NCBI RefSeq assembly: GCF_030028105.1
Contig: NC_092379.1
Location: forward strand, 21,367,309 to 21,431,308
DNA from: Mobula birostris
Lineage: Eukaryota
Length of the DNA: 64,000 nt
Direction: 5' to 3'
Shown here: one piece after another, positions 10,830 through 24,000 of the stretch
How positions within the stretch are numbered: the stretch's first letter is position 1
How the letters are laid out: each line of letters starts with the position of its first letter
The notes under the pieces: generated by a model
Databases searched by the model: none
Told to the model about the DNA's origin: nothing
The model's input: the letters and a program-made list of their open reading frames with translations, nothing else
Position numbers and translations under genes: made by a program

Positions 10830-13530
10830 GTTTCAGGCCAAGTCCCTTCTTCAGGACTGAAAAGGAAGGGGGGAAGATGCCAGTATAAAAAGGAAGAGGT
10901 AAAGGAAGGAGATTTGCTGGTAGGTGATAGGGGAAGCCATGTGCGTGGGGTAAGTATAGGGCTGGAAAAGAAGGAATCTGATAGGAGAGGAGAATGTACT
11001 GCAGGAGAAAAGGAAGGAGTGAGGTACCCAGGCGATGTGATAGGCAGATGAGAAGAGGTAAAAGGCCAGAGTGAGGAACAGAGGAAGAGGAGAGGGGAGG
11101 ATAATTTTTTCTTTACCGGGAGCAGAAATGGATATCATGTCATCAGGTTGGAGGCCACCCAGATGGAATGTAAGGTGTTGCTCCTCCACCTTCAGGGTTG
11201 CCTCATTTGTCAGATGGAATGGAGGTGGTGGATGAAGTGGCTTCTCAATTGACGATGGAGGCCCTATCAGGAGCCATGCACACAATAAATGACCCCAGTA
11301 GATTTGCAGGTAAAGAGTTGCCTCACCTGGAAGGACTATTTGGGGTTTCAATGGAAGTGAGTTAGAAGGTGAATGGGCAGGTGCAGCACTTTGGCTGCTT
11401 GCAGGGATAAGTACAGGGAGGGAGATTAGTTGGGAAGAATGAATGGACAAGGGAATCAGACAGAGAGAAAGAGAGAGAGAGAGAGATTGCTGCGGAAAGT
11501 GGGGGAGAGAGGTAAAATGTTTGGGGACTGGATAACTTTAGAGATGGTGGAAGTTGTGGAGGATGATGAGTCAGATGCGGAAGCTCATGGGTTAGTAGGT
11601 AATGACAAAAGGAACTCTATCACTGATAAGGCAGTGGAAAGATGGTGTGAGCCTGGATTTTTGGGAACGGGAAGAGATACGGGTGAGGGCAGCATCAATG
11701 GTGGAGGAAGGGAAATCCCATTCTTTGAAGAAGGACACATTTCTGATGTCCTGGGAAGGAAAAGGCACATCCCGGGAACAGATGAGGTGGAGATGATGGA
11801 AATGAGAAAAGGGAATGGTGTTTATACAGGAGACAGTGTGGGAAGAGGTTTAGTCAAGAGAACTGTGGGAATTGAGAGGTTTATAAAAGAAGCTCATTGA
11901 CAGTTTGTCTCCAGAGATGGAGACAGAGAGATCACGAAAGTGAAGGGAGTTGTCGGAAATAGACCAAGAGATGTTAAGGGCAGGGCGGAAGTTAGAGGTA
12001 ACCTTGATGAAATTGCTGAACTCAGCATGGGTGCATGAAGCAGCACCAATGCAGTTGTCAATGTAGCAGAGGAAGATGGGGAGCATCACCTGGGAATGCT
12101 TGGAACATGGACTATTCTACGCAGCCAGTGAAGATGTCGGCATAGCTGGGGCCCATGAGGGTGCCCATGAATACCCCTAAAGTATAGAGAAACTGGGAGG
12201 AGCTGAAGGAAAATTTGATGAGGATGAGGACCAGTTCTGCCAGATGGAAGAGGGTTCTGGTGGGGAATCGGTTGTCCCTTTTATTGAGAAAGAAGCAGAG
12301 AGATTTAAGGCCTTCATGTAAGGAGATTTAGGACCTGGAGATGTATGGTGAAAATGAGGAAGTCAGGGCCAGAGAATTGACAGTTTCTGAGGAGATTGAG
12401 AGCATGAGAAGTGCAGCTGATGGAGGTGGGAAGGGATTGAAACAAGGCGGATAGAATGGAGTCAAGGTATGAGGACACTAGTTCAGTGGGGCAGGAGCAG
12501 GCAGAGACAATAGGCCTGCCAGAGAGTTATGTTTGTGGATCTTAGGTAGAAGGTGGAAGCAAGCAGTGTGGGGTACAGGAACAATGAGTTTGGAGGCAGT
12601 CGATAAGAGTTCTCCAGAATTGAGGAGGTCAGTGATGGTGTTGGAGACAGTTTTCTGATGGTCCGGAGTGGGTTCCTCTTCAAGGGGTAGATATGAGGAG
12701 GTGTCTGAGAATTGCTGCTTGGCTTCATTAAGGGAGAGGTCAGTCTGCCACACTACAACAGCACCACCTTTGTCTGTGGTTTTACGTAAGAACATAAGAA
12801 ATAGGAGCAGGAGTAGGCCATCCGGCCCATCGAGCCTGCCCCACCATTCAATAAGATCATGGCTGATCTGTCCGTAAACTCAGCTCCATCTACCTGCCTT
12901 TTCCCCATAACCCTTATTTCCCCTACTTTGCAAAAATCTATCATCCTTAAATATATTTAGTGAAGAAGCCTCAACTGCTTCCCTGGGCAGAGAATTCCAC
13001 AGATTCACCACTCTCTGGGAAAAACAGTTTATCCTCATCTCCATCCTAAATCTTCTCCCCTGAATGTTGAGGCAATGTCCCCTCGTTCTAGTCTCACCTA
13101 CCGATGGAAGCAACTTTCTTATTTCTATCTTATCTATCCCTTCCAAAATTGTGTATGTTTCTGTAAGATCCCCTCTCATTCTTCTGATTTCCAGAGAGTA
13201 CAGCCCCAGGCAACTCAATCTCTCCTCATAGGTTAACCCCTTCATCTCTGGAATCAACCTGATGAACCTCCTCTGCACTGATGGTACGGTTGAGATTGGT
13301 ACAGAGAGAGTGGAGGTCAGTGCATTCAGAGGGGGTAAAGTTTGAGGAGGAGAGAGAAGTGCTGAATTTGAGAAGGTTCATGTCCTGTTGGAGGACTGTC
13401 AAGCCTTTTAACCAATGGTGGCAGGAACAGGGTCGGGTCAGGCACAGGCTGGCTCACTGTGTCTGCCTGTCCTTTATTCTGGTTATTTTCCTCTTCCTTT
13501 GGCAAAAACCCTGTGGTGGGATTGGCCTTG
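10830..13530 (-). mobile_element. Penelope-like retroelement (RT + GIY-YIG), degenerate, interrupted by a CR1 tail
   Basis: KTTDKGGAVVVWQTDLSLNEAKQQFSD (12478-12795), FLCYIDNCIGAASC...FYKPLNSHSSLD (11850-12089), and FTCKSTGVIYC GIY-YIG remnant at ~11270-11320. Confidence 0.85.
12787..13268 (-). mobile_element. CR1 LINE 3' fragment inserted in the Penelope element
   Basis: MQRRFIRLIPEMKGLTYEERL...TRGH...CFSQRVVNLWNSLP (ORF 12880-13278) and ttcttatgttctt tail at ~12790. Confidence 0.9.
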
Positions 13531-13569
13531 TATGTTTGACATTGCTGCACTCTGGGAAATTCCACTGTG
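13531..13569 (-). other. Recombination-signal-like sequence: CACAGTG + 23 bp + TCAAACATA
   Basis: Perfect heptamer at 13563-13569 (minus), exactly 23-bp spacer, nonamer 5/9 to ACAAAAACC. Preceded on the minus strand by ggaactggaatgtaaattgttct, resembling D-T-G-M-Y-Y-C codons with a stop and a 1-bp loss. Confidence 0.4.
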
Positions 13570-14271
13570 CTGTTTGAAGAACAATTTACATTCCAGTTCC
13601 ATTTTAGTTCTGATTCCCTGCTCCATTTACTTACTGCCCGTTATGCCGTTTGCATTTGGGGCAGCAATGAAGGCCTTCCATCTCTGTCTGTCCTTGCCCA
13701 GATTCTCCATTGTACCCAGGTGTAGTTCAGGGTCCTCATTTCTGTCTCTGTGATATGGTGCCAAGTTGTCTTTGGTCTCTTGTGTTTTCTCCAGTCTTCA
13801 GGGATCCAAAAAAGACTTGATGATGGAGTTGGCCTCATCACATTCCCAAGCCATCTCCAAAGATTCATTATGGTGATTGTGGCCATGTCTTCTTGATGAC
13901 ACTGAAGGAGCAGGACATAGTTGGAGATCTTTCTTGCCCAGAAAATACAAATGATCTTCTGGAGGCTCATTGTGTGAAAAGAATTTGGTAGCTTGCAGTG
14001 ATAACCTGCAACCATTCGGTGTCAGAGGAACACCTCCAATTATTGACACTTCAGTCAACCTGGCTGCTCATAATAACTGACAGTCTCCGGGTCTCAGTGT
14101 AATAGTCAGGCACTGAGGGATTGATGGACAGTATGGATGAAACAGTGCACAGGAGGATTCCACTGTGCCAGGAAGTCCTGATTCACTGCAGGAGATCTTC
14201 AAATGAATATGTCACGTTGCAAATTCAGACAGAGAAAGGACAAGAGATTCATTCACCAGTTGGTATCTCAC
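13570..14271 (-). pseudogene. Copy 2 of V-segment-like pseudogene, split by an RTE fragment
   Basis: Homologous to 3882-4130. GILLCTVS and GGVPLTPNG motifs; upstream donor gtgaga at 14271 with polypyrimidine tract; ends at the RSS-like element at 13569. Confidence 0.33.
13620..13985 (-). mobile_element. RTE-clade LINE 3' fragment
   Basis: SFHTMSLQKIICIFWARKISNYVLLLQCHQEDMAT...WIPEDWRKHKRPKTTW (ORF 13641-14015). Confidence 0.8.
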
Positions 14272-14329
14272 AGACAGTGCAGGGCTCTACAATGGCATTC
14301 TATACAATCCATGTTTTCTCCTGGTGTCT

Positions 14330-14630
14330 TTTTCCATCGGACATCATTCCCTTCCCCACTTGTTCTCCTTATCTCTTTCCATTCCATTTCCATTATTCTC
14401 TTGGTCAATCTCTTTCTTGATTTGTTTTTATTCTGCCTTTCCATCAGTCTCTATTTTCCTTTGTCTTCTCTCTTTCAGGTTCACTATATCTCATCCATTC
14501 TCTCTCTATCTTGTCCATTCTTTTCTCTCACTCTCTATCTTGTCCATTCTTTCCTCTCACTCTTTCTCTCCATTCCCAGTCTGACTCCCTCTCCTTCCTC
14601 CTCCCTCTTTGCAGCTTCCCCTGTATAAAG
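14330..14630. repeat. CT-rich low-complexity tract
   Basis: Near-exclusive pyrimidines on + strand with short internal duplications (ctctctatcttgtccattct x2). Confidence 0.8.
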
Positions 14631-15129
14631 CTGTCAAGGTTTGAAAATCTGCCAGTCACATCATTTTATCTCATTCAATTTGTCCGTGATTTCTGTTCTT
14701 CACACAACACTGCCTGTCTCATTGTTTCTGCTCTCCCACTTTCCAATCTGAAACAGACCGTCTTTTGAATCGGCCCCTGTTTTTCATTAAGGATTACAGT
14801 GGCTCATTTGCGTCCATGGATAGACCTCAATGATAAACAATTGCATGAATTCAGCCAGCAGGAACCCCGTGCTTTTGGACAGCAGCTTCAGTATGGATTT
14901 GATCTGAATTGTTCTTCAGCAGACTCATCTTCAGCTTATTTTTTGGGCTGTTTTTGCTATTTACAGCTGTGTCGACATGATCATTGGCATCTCATGAGTT
15001 GGCACACTTGGTGATGTATAAGGTCTGCCCAGCTACATTCCATTTCATTCCCTGCACCACTGATGCACTGTGGATATTGTCTGTCTGGTGTTTTCAAGAG
15101 TATTTTTTCTCTGCAATGTAACCTGAGCA

Positions 15130-17728
15130 GGTTTTATTTTGCTTCAGTGATGATTACATTCTGTCTGTGGTAACCCTGATGCTAATTTGAACTGACCTGA
15201 TACAGGGAGTCAACAGTTTCTTTCCAGTCATCAATGCTGCTGAAATCGCTGTGTTTCTCCAGCAGATTGTGTGTTTGTCTGGATTCCAGCATCTGCAGTC
15301 TCTTGTGTCTGGATTGAAGTTCACTTGACGGAAAGCATTTGGTTCCTTGCAGTGACAACCTGAAAACACTAGGGGTCAGAGGAACACCTCTGAAATGACA
15401 CTTAAAGGATTGACGGTGGATATGCAATGGCAAGCATTTAAAGATTGCATGAATGAACTACAACAATTGTTCATCCCAGTTTAGCAAAAGAATAAATCAA
15501 GGAAGGTAGTGCACCCGTGGCTGACAAGAGAAATTAGGGATAGTATCAATTCCAAAGAAGAAGCATACAAATTAGCCAGAAAAAGTGGCTCACCTGAGGG
15601 CTGGGAGAAATTCAGAGTTCAGCAGAGGAGGACAAAGGGCTTAATTAGGAAGGGAAAAAAAGATTATGAGAGAAAACTGGCAGGGAACATAAAAACTGTC
15701 TGTAAAAGCTTTTATAGATATGTAAAGAGGAAAAGACTGGTAAAGACAAATGTAAGTCCCCTACAGACAGAAACAGGTGAATTGATTATGGGGAGCAAGG
15801 ACATGGCAGACCAATTGAATAATTACTTTGGTTCTGTCTTCACTAAGGAGGACATAAATAATCTTCCAGAAATAGTAGGGGACAGAGGGTCCAGTGAGAT
15901 GGAGGAACTGAGTGAAATACATGTTAGTAGGGAAGTGGTGTTTGGTAAATTGAAGAGATTAAAGGCAGATAAATCCCCAGAGCCAGATGGTCTGCATCCC
16001 AGAGTGCTTAAGGAAGTAGCCCAAGAAATAGTGGATGCATTAGCAATAATTTTACAAAATTCGTTAGATTCTGGACTAGTTCCTGAGGATTGGAGGGTGG
16101 CTAATGTAACCCCGCTTTTTAAAAAAAGGAGGGAGAGAGAAACCAGGGAATTATAGACCGGTTAGCCTAACGTCGGTGGCGGGGAAACTGCTGGAGTCAG
16201 TTATCAAAGATGTGATAACGGCACATTTGGAAAGCGGTGAAATCATCGGACAAAGTCAGCATGGATTTGTGAAAGGAAAATCATGTCTGACGAATCTCAT
16301 AGAATTTTTTGAGGATGTAACTAGTAGAGTGGAAAGGGGAGAACCAGTGGATGTGGTATATTTGGATTTTCAAAAGGCTTTTGACAAGGTCCCACACAGG
16401 AGATTAGTGTGCAAACTTAAAGCACACGGTATTGGGGGTAAGGTATTGATGTGGATAGAGAATTGTTTAGCAGACAGGAAGCAAAGAGTGGGAATAAACG
16501 GGACCTTTTCAGAATGTCAGGCAGTGACTAGTGGGGTACCGCAAGGCTCAGTGCTGGGACCCCAGTTGTTTACAATATATATTAATGACTTGGATGAGGG
16601 AATTAAATGCAGCATCTCCAAGTTTGTGGATGACACGAAGCTGGGCGGCAGTGTTAGCTGTGAGGAGGATGCTAAGAGGATGCAGGGTGACTTGGATAGG
16701 TTAGGTGATTGGGCAAGTTCATGGCAGATGCAATTTAATATAGATAAATGTGAGGTTATCCACTTTGGTGGGAAAAACAGGAAAACAGATTATTATCTGA
16801 ATGGTGACCAATTAGGAAAAGGGAAGGTGCAACGAGACCTGGGTGTCATTATACACCAGTCATTGAAAGTGGGCATGCAGGTGAAAAAGGCGAATGGTAT
16901 GCTGGCATTTATAGCAAGAGGATTCGAGTACAGGAGCAGGGAGGTACTACTGCAGTTGTACAAGGCCTTGGTGAGACCACACGTGGAGTATTGTGTGCAG
17001 TTTTGGTCCCCTAATCTGAGGAAAGACATCCTTGCCATAGAGGGAGTACAAAGAAGGTTCACCAGATTGATTCCTGGGATGGCAGGACTTTCATATGAAG
17101 AAAGACTGGATGAACTAGGCTTGTACTTGTTGGAATTTAGAAGATTGAGGGAGGATCTGATTGAAATGTATAAAACACTAAAGGGATTGGACAGGCTAGA
17201 TGCAGGAAGATTGTTCCCGATGTTGGGGAAGTCCAGAACAAGGGGTCACACTTTGAGGATAAGGGGGAAGCCTTTTAGGACTGAGATTAGGAAAAACTTC
17301 TTCACACAGAGAGTGGTGAATCTGTGGAATTCTCTGCCACAGGAAACAGTTGAGGCCAGTTCATTGGCTATATTTAAGAGGAAGTTAGATATGGCCCTTG
17401 TGGCTAGGGGGATCAGTGGGTATGGAGGGAAGGCTGGTGCAGGGTTCTGAGTTGGATGATCAGCCATGATCATAATAAATGGCGGCGCAGGCTCGACGGG
17501 CCGAATGGCCTACTCCTGCACCTATTTTCTATGTTTCTTTGTTTCTATGAAATCAGGCATTGAGGTTTCAGTCAAACTGGCTGCTGTAATAACACCGCGA
17601 GCCACTGGGTGTCAGTGTTACAGACAGACAGCGGTTGCTGGAAAGTTCGGGTGAAACAGTGAACAGGAGGATTCCATTGTGCCAGGAGGCCCTGAGGCTA
17701 CAGGAGCTCTTCAGGTGAATATGTCACA
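15130..17728 (-). pseudogene. Copy 3 of V-segment-like pseudogene, interrupted by a 2.15-kb CR1 and a SINE
   Basis: 15330-15396 and 17548-17728 rejoin to match copy 1. RSS-like cacagac-24 bp-aataaaacc at 15130-15169. Confidence 0.3.
15397..17547 (+). mobile_element. Young 5'-truncated CR1 LINE with near-intact ORF2 RT region
   Basis: ORFs 15509-16156 and 16176-17450 are joined by a single +1 in the A7 run at 16121-16127. RT motifs LDFQKAFDKVPH, GVPQGSVLGP, KFVDD; (tttctatg)n tail; flanking tgaaat direct repeat at 15391-15396 and 17548-17553. Confidence 0.96.
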
Positions 17729-17799
17729 CTGCAAAGTATTTTTTTCCCACAGCCCAAAGACATGCTTTGTTGGTAGGTTAATTGGTTACCGTAAATTGC

Positions 17800-18800
17800 C
17801 CTTAGTGTAGATTGATGGAGTCCTACAGCATGGAAACAGGCCTTTAGCATAAGTCTCAAATGCTGACCAAGATGCCGATCCGGGTGGGTCTCATTTCCCA
17901 GTGTTTGGCCCATAACCTTCCAAAATGTTCCTGTCCATGAACCTGTCCAACTGCTTTTTAAAAGTTGTTATTAACTTAACTCAACCACTTCCTCCAGTAG
18001 CATATTCCACATAGTTTCGAACATTTGTTTAAAAATTGCTTCACATTTCTATTAAGCCACTCTCAGCTGAAACCTAAGCCATCTAGTTCTTGATTCCCCA
18101 ATCTTCAGTAAAAGACTGAGTGGATTCATCACAGCTGTGTCCTCGTGATTTTATCAAATCTCCCCTCATTCTCCTACACTCCAAGGAATAAAGCTTTGCC
18201 TGTCCAACCTCTCCCTATAACTCAGTCCCTAGAGTCCTGGCAGCATCCTTGTAAATCTTTTCTGCATTCTTTCTGGTATAATGATATATTTCTTGCAGCT
18301 TGGTGAATAAAATGAACATAATACTGCAAGTGCAGCCTCACCAGTGCCTTATACAACTGCTCCATGACCACCCAACATTCAGAATCAATGCTCTGTGTAA
18401 ATAAGATCAGCATGCCAAAACCATTCCTCACCATCCTATCTAACCCTGATAGCACACTCAGTGAACCATGAGCTTGAACTCCAAGGTCCCTCTGTTCCTC
18501 AACACTACCCCGCACTCCGCCAGTTACCCTGAATGTCCTATATTGGTTTGACTTTCCAAAATACAACACCTCACACTGATCTGAATTAAAAACCAACTGC
18601 TACTGCTCTGCCCATTTGCTCAGCTAATCAACATACTCCTGTAAGTTTTGATTGTGTAATTCACAGTTCACTTTACTACTTACTTCAACGTCATCTACAA
18701 ACTTACTAACGATGCCTTGTACATTCTTATCCAAATCTTTGATGTGGATGACAAACAGCAAGTGACCCAGCACTGACCCCTGAGGTACACCATTCGTCAT
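17800..18800 (-). mobile_element. Degenerate CR1 3' region (paralog of 2860-3780)
   Basis: GVPQGSVLGHLLFVIHIKDLDKNVQGIVSKFVDD and LYKALVRLHLQYYVHF (ORFs 18624, 18222). Confidence 0.85.
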
Positions 18801-19560
18801 GGATCTGCTCCCTGTAACAACATAACTCTGTGGCCAGATACAGCACCAACTCATCGATGGAGCTGCTGTAGAAATATTCCACAGCTTCAGCTTCCTTGGC
18901 ACCCTTATCACCAGCAACCTCACCAAGTCCCTTCACACTGTTGTTGTGGTCAAGAAAATTCATTAGCATATTCCTTTTGTTACATATCTGAGATTTAGTA
19001 TGTCTGCCGGGAATCTCTCAAGTTTCTACAGATTTGTGTAGAAAGCACTTGGACAGGTTGCATCACACTCCTGTACGGCAGCTGCTCGGCTCTTGACCAT
19101 CTGAACCTGAAGAGAGTGCGAAACACAGCCCAGTCCATCAGAGGCTTGTTCATTCCTCTCATCCAGTCCGTCTTCATCGTGCATTGTCTCAGGAAGACTC
19201 GTGGTATTTTCAAGGTTGCATACCATGCTGAACATTCCCTTTTCAGTCTTCTACCTTTTGGAGAATGTCAGGAAGCTGGAAAACCCAAATGTCCGGACTG
19301 AAGAAAATCTTTTCCCCTTGATATCACTCTACTGAGCTGATCAATTCTTTCACATCTTCTTCCTGGTGGTGTTGCCACGTTCTCATACCGTTCTCTTCTT
19401 TATTCTGTTTCTGTCCATGTAGTGTGTTGTTTTGTGGCATTCCCTCACACTGCACAACAATCCTTGTGCTGTTTCTCAGCTTATAAATGTATTTCCTATC
19501 ATCGTGTATATTGGCAGCTCTATCAGCTTCATGCGAAGAAGGAATTTGATTGCACCCTGG
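18800..19560 (+). mobile_element. Rex1/Babar-clade LINE 3' fragment
   Basis: RNTAQSIRGLFIPLIQSVFIVHCLRKTRGIFKVAYHAEHSLFSLLP (ORF 19116), Rex-type C-terminal pattern. Confidence 0.75.
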
Positions 19561-21244
19561 TGTACATGGCATAAACCAGCCTAATCTAATCTGAACTCTT
19601 TCATACCGTTTCTGAGGGAAGTTCATCATAAAGCATTCGTGCCTCGTCTTTAACTCTCATGTGCTGGGCTCCACCCTCCTGTAAATTGGTTCTTTTGGAG
19701 TCAACTCATTTCATTCGCTTTTAATGATCCACCATCTTCTTGATGGGACTGTACTTTGGCCATTCGTTGCCTCTTCTGTGATTTTACAGATGTGTAGACA
19801 TGATTGTTGGCATCTGACATGTTGGTACATTTGGTGATGTATATGGTTTGTCAACCCACACCTCAGTTCATTCCCCCACCACTGGTACCACAGCACTTCA
19901 GTGAAGATTCTGTGACAGCAATTCCCACACTGCAATCTCTGGCACAATGGAGGACCACTGCACTCAGGACATTGGGAATGCTCCTGTCTGTATGACATGC
20001 ACCATCTGCACTTGGAAACAGATGTCTGCTCCTACATCATCATTTCACCCACCTCATAGACACCAACAGTGATGTGAGCCTCACCCTTAACCAACTAACA
20101 GTCTGGGTGAGCAAGTATCATATCACTGACAACAATCTGGAGTATTAACATTATTTCTGTATCACTGACAGTAACAGGGATGTGAGAATTATACTTGTGA
20201 CACAGTATATAGTATTCACACCATCTCCACGGCAAGAACAGCAAAATGTACAGGAAACCCGCTAATGACATCATTTCATTTGTTAGTAATCCCTCTACGG
20301 TCTAAATAATTAGGATGTAATAGGGAAGGAAACAATGATGTCTATTCATATAGAAAACTGATTCTGGCAAAAGGAGAATCAGTTTTATATATTTACATTA
20401 TCCCTAGGTTTGTATTATCCATAATTCAGAACAGTATCAGAGGAGAGAAGAGCCACCCTGACAGAATATTAGGATGATTCCAGGAATAAAGGACTTTGTT
20501 TAGACAATGGAGCAGCCAGAATTATTTTGTTTGGAAAGGATGAAGTGGAGACAACATCTGTGAAGGTATTTCCAATCACAAAGGCTCCAGGACTCAAGAT
20601 TCCAGATTGTTTCATGTGATTTACTATACACAGATGTAAAGGACAATGAAATAATTGTTACTCCAGATCTGATGCACACAAAACCCACAATAAGATAGAG
20701 AACACAACAATAATAAAAAGATCATAAATACAAATACATAAAATAACTTACTTTACATAAAATACATAAAATTAACTTATATCATAGGTAGGTTTTGTTT
20801 GTATTCCATAAAGTGATGTGAGGCTGTACATAGGTGACTGAGAGGAAATAACAAAGTAGTGGTGGAGTTAGTGGGTGGTGGTGTTGATCAGCTTTACTGC
20901 TTGGGGAAAGTAATTGTTTTTGAGTCTGGTCGTCCTGGCATGGATACTGCATAGCATCCTCCCTGATAGGAGTGGGACAAAGAATCCATGAGCCATTGTG
21001 GGTGAGATAGTTCATGATGTTACTGGCCCTTCTCCAAAACTTTTCTGTATATTAGTCCTTGATGGAGGGTCGGCCTATGTAGTGGGCTGTCTGGACTACC
21101 CACTAGACTGCTAGTAGTATACTCCATTGTAGAGCCCTCCCGTCTGCCACAGTATAGTTTCTGTACCAGAAGAATCAGAACCAGAATCAGGTTTAATGTC
21201 ACTGGCAGATGTCATGAAATATATTTTGCATCACCAAGCAGTGA

Positions 21245-24000
21245 TGCATATGACCATAAAATACAGGAGCAGAAGTAGGCCATTCAGCCCATCGAGTCTG
21301 TTCTGCCATTCAATCATGGGCTGATCCACTTCATCCAGTCAACCCCACTCCCCTGCTTTCTCCCCATACCCTTTGATTCCCTGGCTAATCAAAAGCCCAT
21401 CTATCTCTGCTTTAAATGTACCCAATGACTTGGCCTCCAGAGCCACTCATGGCAACAAATTCCACAGATTTACCACCCTTTGACTAAAGTAACTTCTCCG
21501 ATTCTAAAAGGATGTCCTTCAATCCTGAAGTTGTGCCCTCTTGTCCTAGAATCCCCTGCCATGGGAAATAACTTATCTATATCTAATCTGTTCAGTCCTT
21601 TCAACATTTGGAATGTTTCTATGAGATACCCCATCATTCTCCTTAACTCCAGGGAATACAGCCCAAGAGCTGCCAAAACATCCTCATACGGTAACTCTCT
21701 CCTTCCTGGAATCATTCTCGTGAACCTTCTCTGAACCCTCTTCAATGTCAGTATATATTTTCTAAAATAAGAAGCCCAAAAGTGCACACAATACTCCAAG
21801 TATGGTCTCATGAGTGCCTTTTAGGGCCTCAACATCACATCCCGGCTCTTATATTCTGTACCTTTAGAAATGAATGCCAACATTGCATTCGCCTTCTTCA
21901 CAGCGGACTCAACTTGGAGGTTAATGTTTAGGGCATCCTGCACAAGTGACTCCCAAGACTCTTTGCATCTCTGCATTTTGAATTCTCTCCCCATCTAAAT
22001 AATAGTCTGCCCATTTATACTTCGGCCAAAGTGCATGACCGACAATGTATTTCATTTGCCACTTCTTTGCCCATTCCCCTAAACTATCTAAGTCTCTCTG
22101 CAGTTTTTCAGTTTCCTCAACACTACCCGCTCCTCCACCTATCTTTGTATTATCGGCAAATTTAGCCACAAATCCATTAATCCCACAGTCCAAATCATTG
22201 ATATACATCGTAAAAAGTAGCGGTCCCAACACCGACCCCTGTGGAACTCCACTGGAAACCAGCAGCTAGCCAGAGTAGGATCCCTTTATTCCCACTCTCT
22301 GTTCTCTGCCGATCAGCCAATGCTCCACCCATGCTGGTAACTTCTCTGTAATTCCATTGGCGCTTATCTTGCTGAGCAGCTTTGTGTGCGGCACCTTGTC
22401 AAAGGCCTTCTGAAAATCCAAGTACACCACATCTACTACACCTCCTTTGTTTACCCTGCTTGTAATTTCCTCAAAAAATTGCAGTCGGTTAAACAGGCGG
22501 GATTTTCCTTTCAGGAAACCATGCTGGCTTTGGTCTATCCTGTCATGTGCCTCCAGGTACGGCATAACCTCATCCCTAACAATTGATTCCAACAACTTCC
22601 CAACCACTGACTCAGGCTAACAGGTCTATAATTTCCTTTCTGCCACCTCCCACCCTTCTTAAATAGCGGAGTAACATTTGCAATTTTCCAGTAATCCGGT
22701 ACAATGCCAGAATCTATCGATTTGTGAAAGATCATCGTTAACGCCTCCTCAATCTCTCCAGCTACTTCCTTCAGAACCCCAGGGTGCATTCCATCAGGTC
22801 CAGGAGACTTATCCACCCTCAGACCATTCATCTTCCTGAGCACCTTCTCAGTCGTAATTTTCTCTGCACAATCCTCACTTCCCTGACACTCTTGTATGTT
22901 TGTTATACTGCAGATGTCTTCCACTGTGAAGACTGATGCAAAAGATGCATTCAGTTCCTCTGCCATCTCTGCATCTCACATTACAAATTCTCCAGCATCA
23001 TTTTGTATTGGTCCTATATCTACCCTCGACTCTCTTTTACACTTTATATGCTTGAAAAAGATTTCAGTGTCTTCTTTGATATTAGTCGCCAGCTTCCTTT
23101 CATAATTCATCTTTTCCTTCCTAATGTACTTCTTAGTTTCCTTCTGCAAGTTTTTAAAAGCTCCCCATTCCTCTATCTTCCCACTACCCCTGGCTTCCTT
23201 GTATGCCCTCTCTTTTGTTTTACTTTGGCTCTGACTTCACTTGTCAGCCACGGTAGTTTCCTTCTTCCCTTTGAAAATTTCTTCTTATTTGGAACATATC
23301 TGTCTTGCACTTCCCTCACTGTTCGCAGAAGCTCCAGCCATTGCTGCTCTGCTGTCGTTCCTGCAAATGTCCCTTTCTTGTCAGCTTCAGCCAGTTCCCC
23401 TCTCATGCCAACGTAATTTGCTTTATTCCACTGAAATACCGACACATTAGATTTTGCTTTTTTTCCTCTCAAATTTCAAAGTGAACTCGATCATATTGTG
23501 ATCACTGTTCCCGAAGGGTTCCTTAACCTTAAACTCTCTTCTCACCTCCATATCATTGCCCAACACCCAATCCAGCACGGCCGATTCCCTAGTGGGCTCA
23601 ACAACAAGCTGTTTTTAAAAGCCATCCCTAAGACATTCTACAAACTCTCTCTTGAGGTCCAGTACTGGCCTGGTTTTCCCAATCCACTTTCCTGTTAAAA
23701 TCCCCAACGATTATCATGGCATTGCCTTTCTGATATGCCTTTTCGATAACCTGCTGTAATTTGTAATCCACATCCCGACTGCTGTTTGGAGGCCTGTATA
23801 CAACTGCCGTTAGGGTCCTTTTGCCCTTGCCATTACTTGACTCAACCCATAGAGACTCTACACCTTCTAATCCTACGTAATCTCGTTCCAGTGATTTACA
23901 TTAATATTATTTATTATACACAGAGCCACACCACCCCTCTGCCAACTAACCTATCTTTCCAATACACTGTATATCCTTGGACGTTCAGCTCCCAATAGCA
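21245..24000 (-). mobile_element. CR1 LINE, ORF2 (endonuclease end + RT), frameshifted
   Basis: Chain of ORFs 23173, 22535, 22266, 21921, 21470 with VDKSPGPDGMHP, YLDFQKAFDKVPH, KFADNTKIGG and CR1 3' tail at ~21250. Confidence 0.93.

Noticed and set aside
13930-13970. PEDHLYFLG resembling a V-domain EDxAxYFC motif
   Set aside because: It is an alternative-frame reading of the RTE fragment (QKIICIFWARKISN).
14203-14768. Hydrophobic Leu/Phe/Ser-rich ORFs here and at 62066-62587
   Set aside because: Artefacts of CT-rich low-complexity DNA, not transmembrane proteins.
14990-15010. HELAHL/HEFAHL (HExxH metalloprotease-like) in the duplicated spacer, also at ~4450 and ~48045
   Set aside because: No surrounding peptidase context. 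Stops nearby, not conserved in the 19.8-kb copy, and recurrence is explained by DNA duplication.
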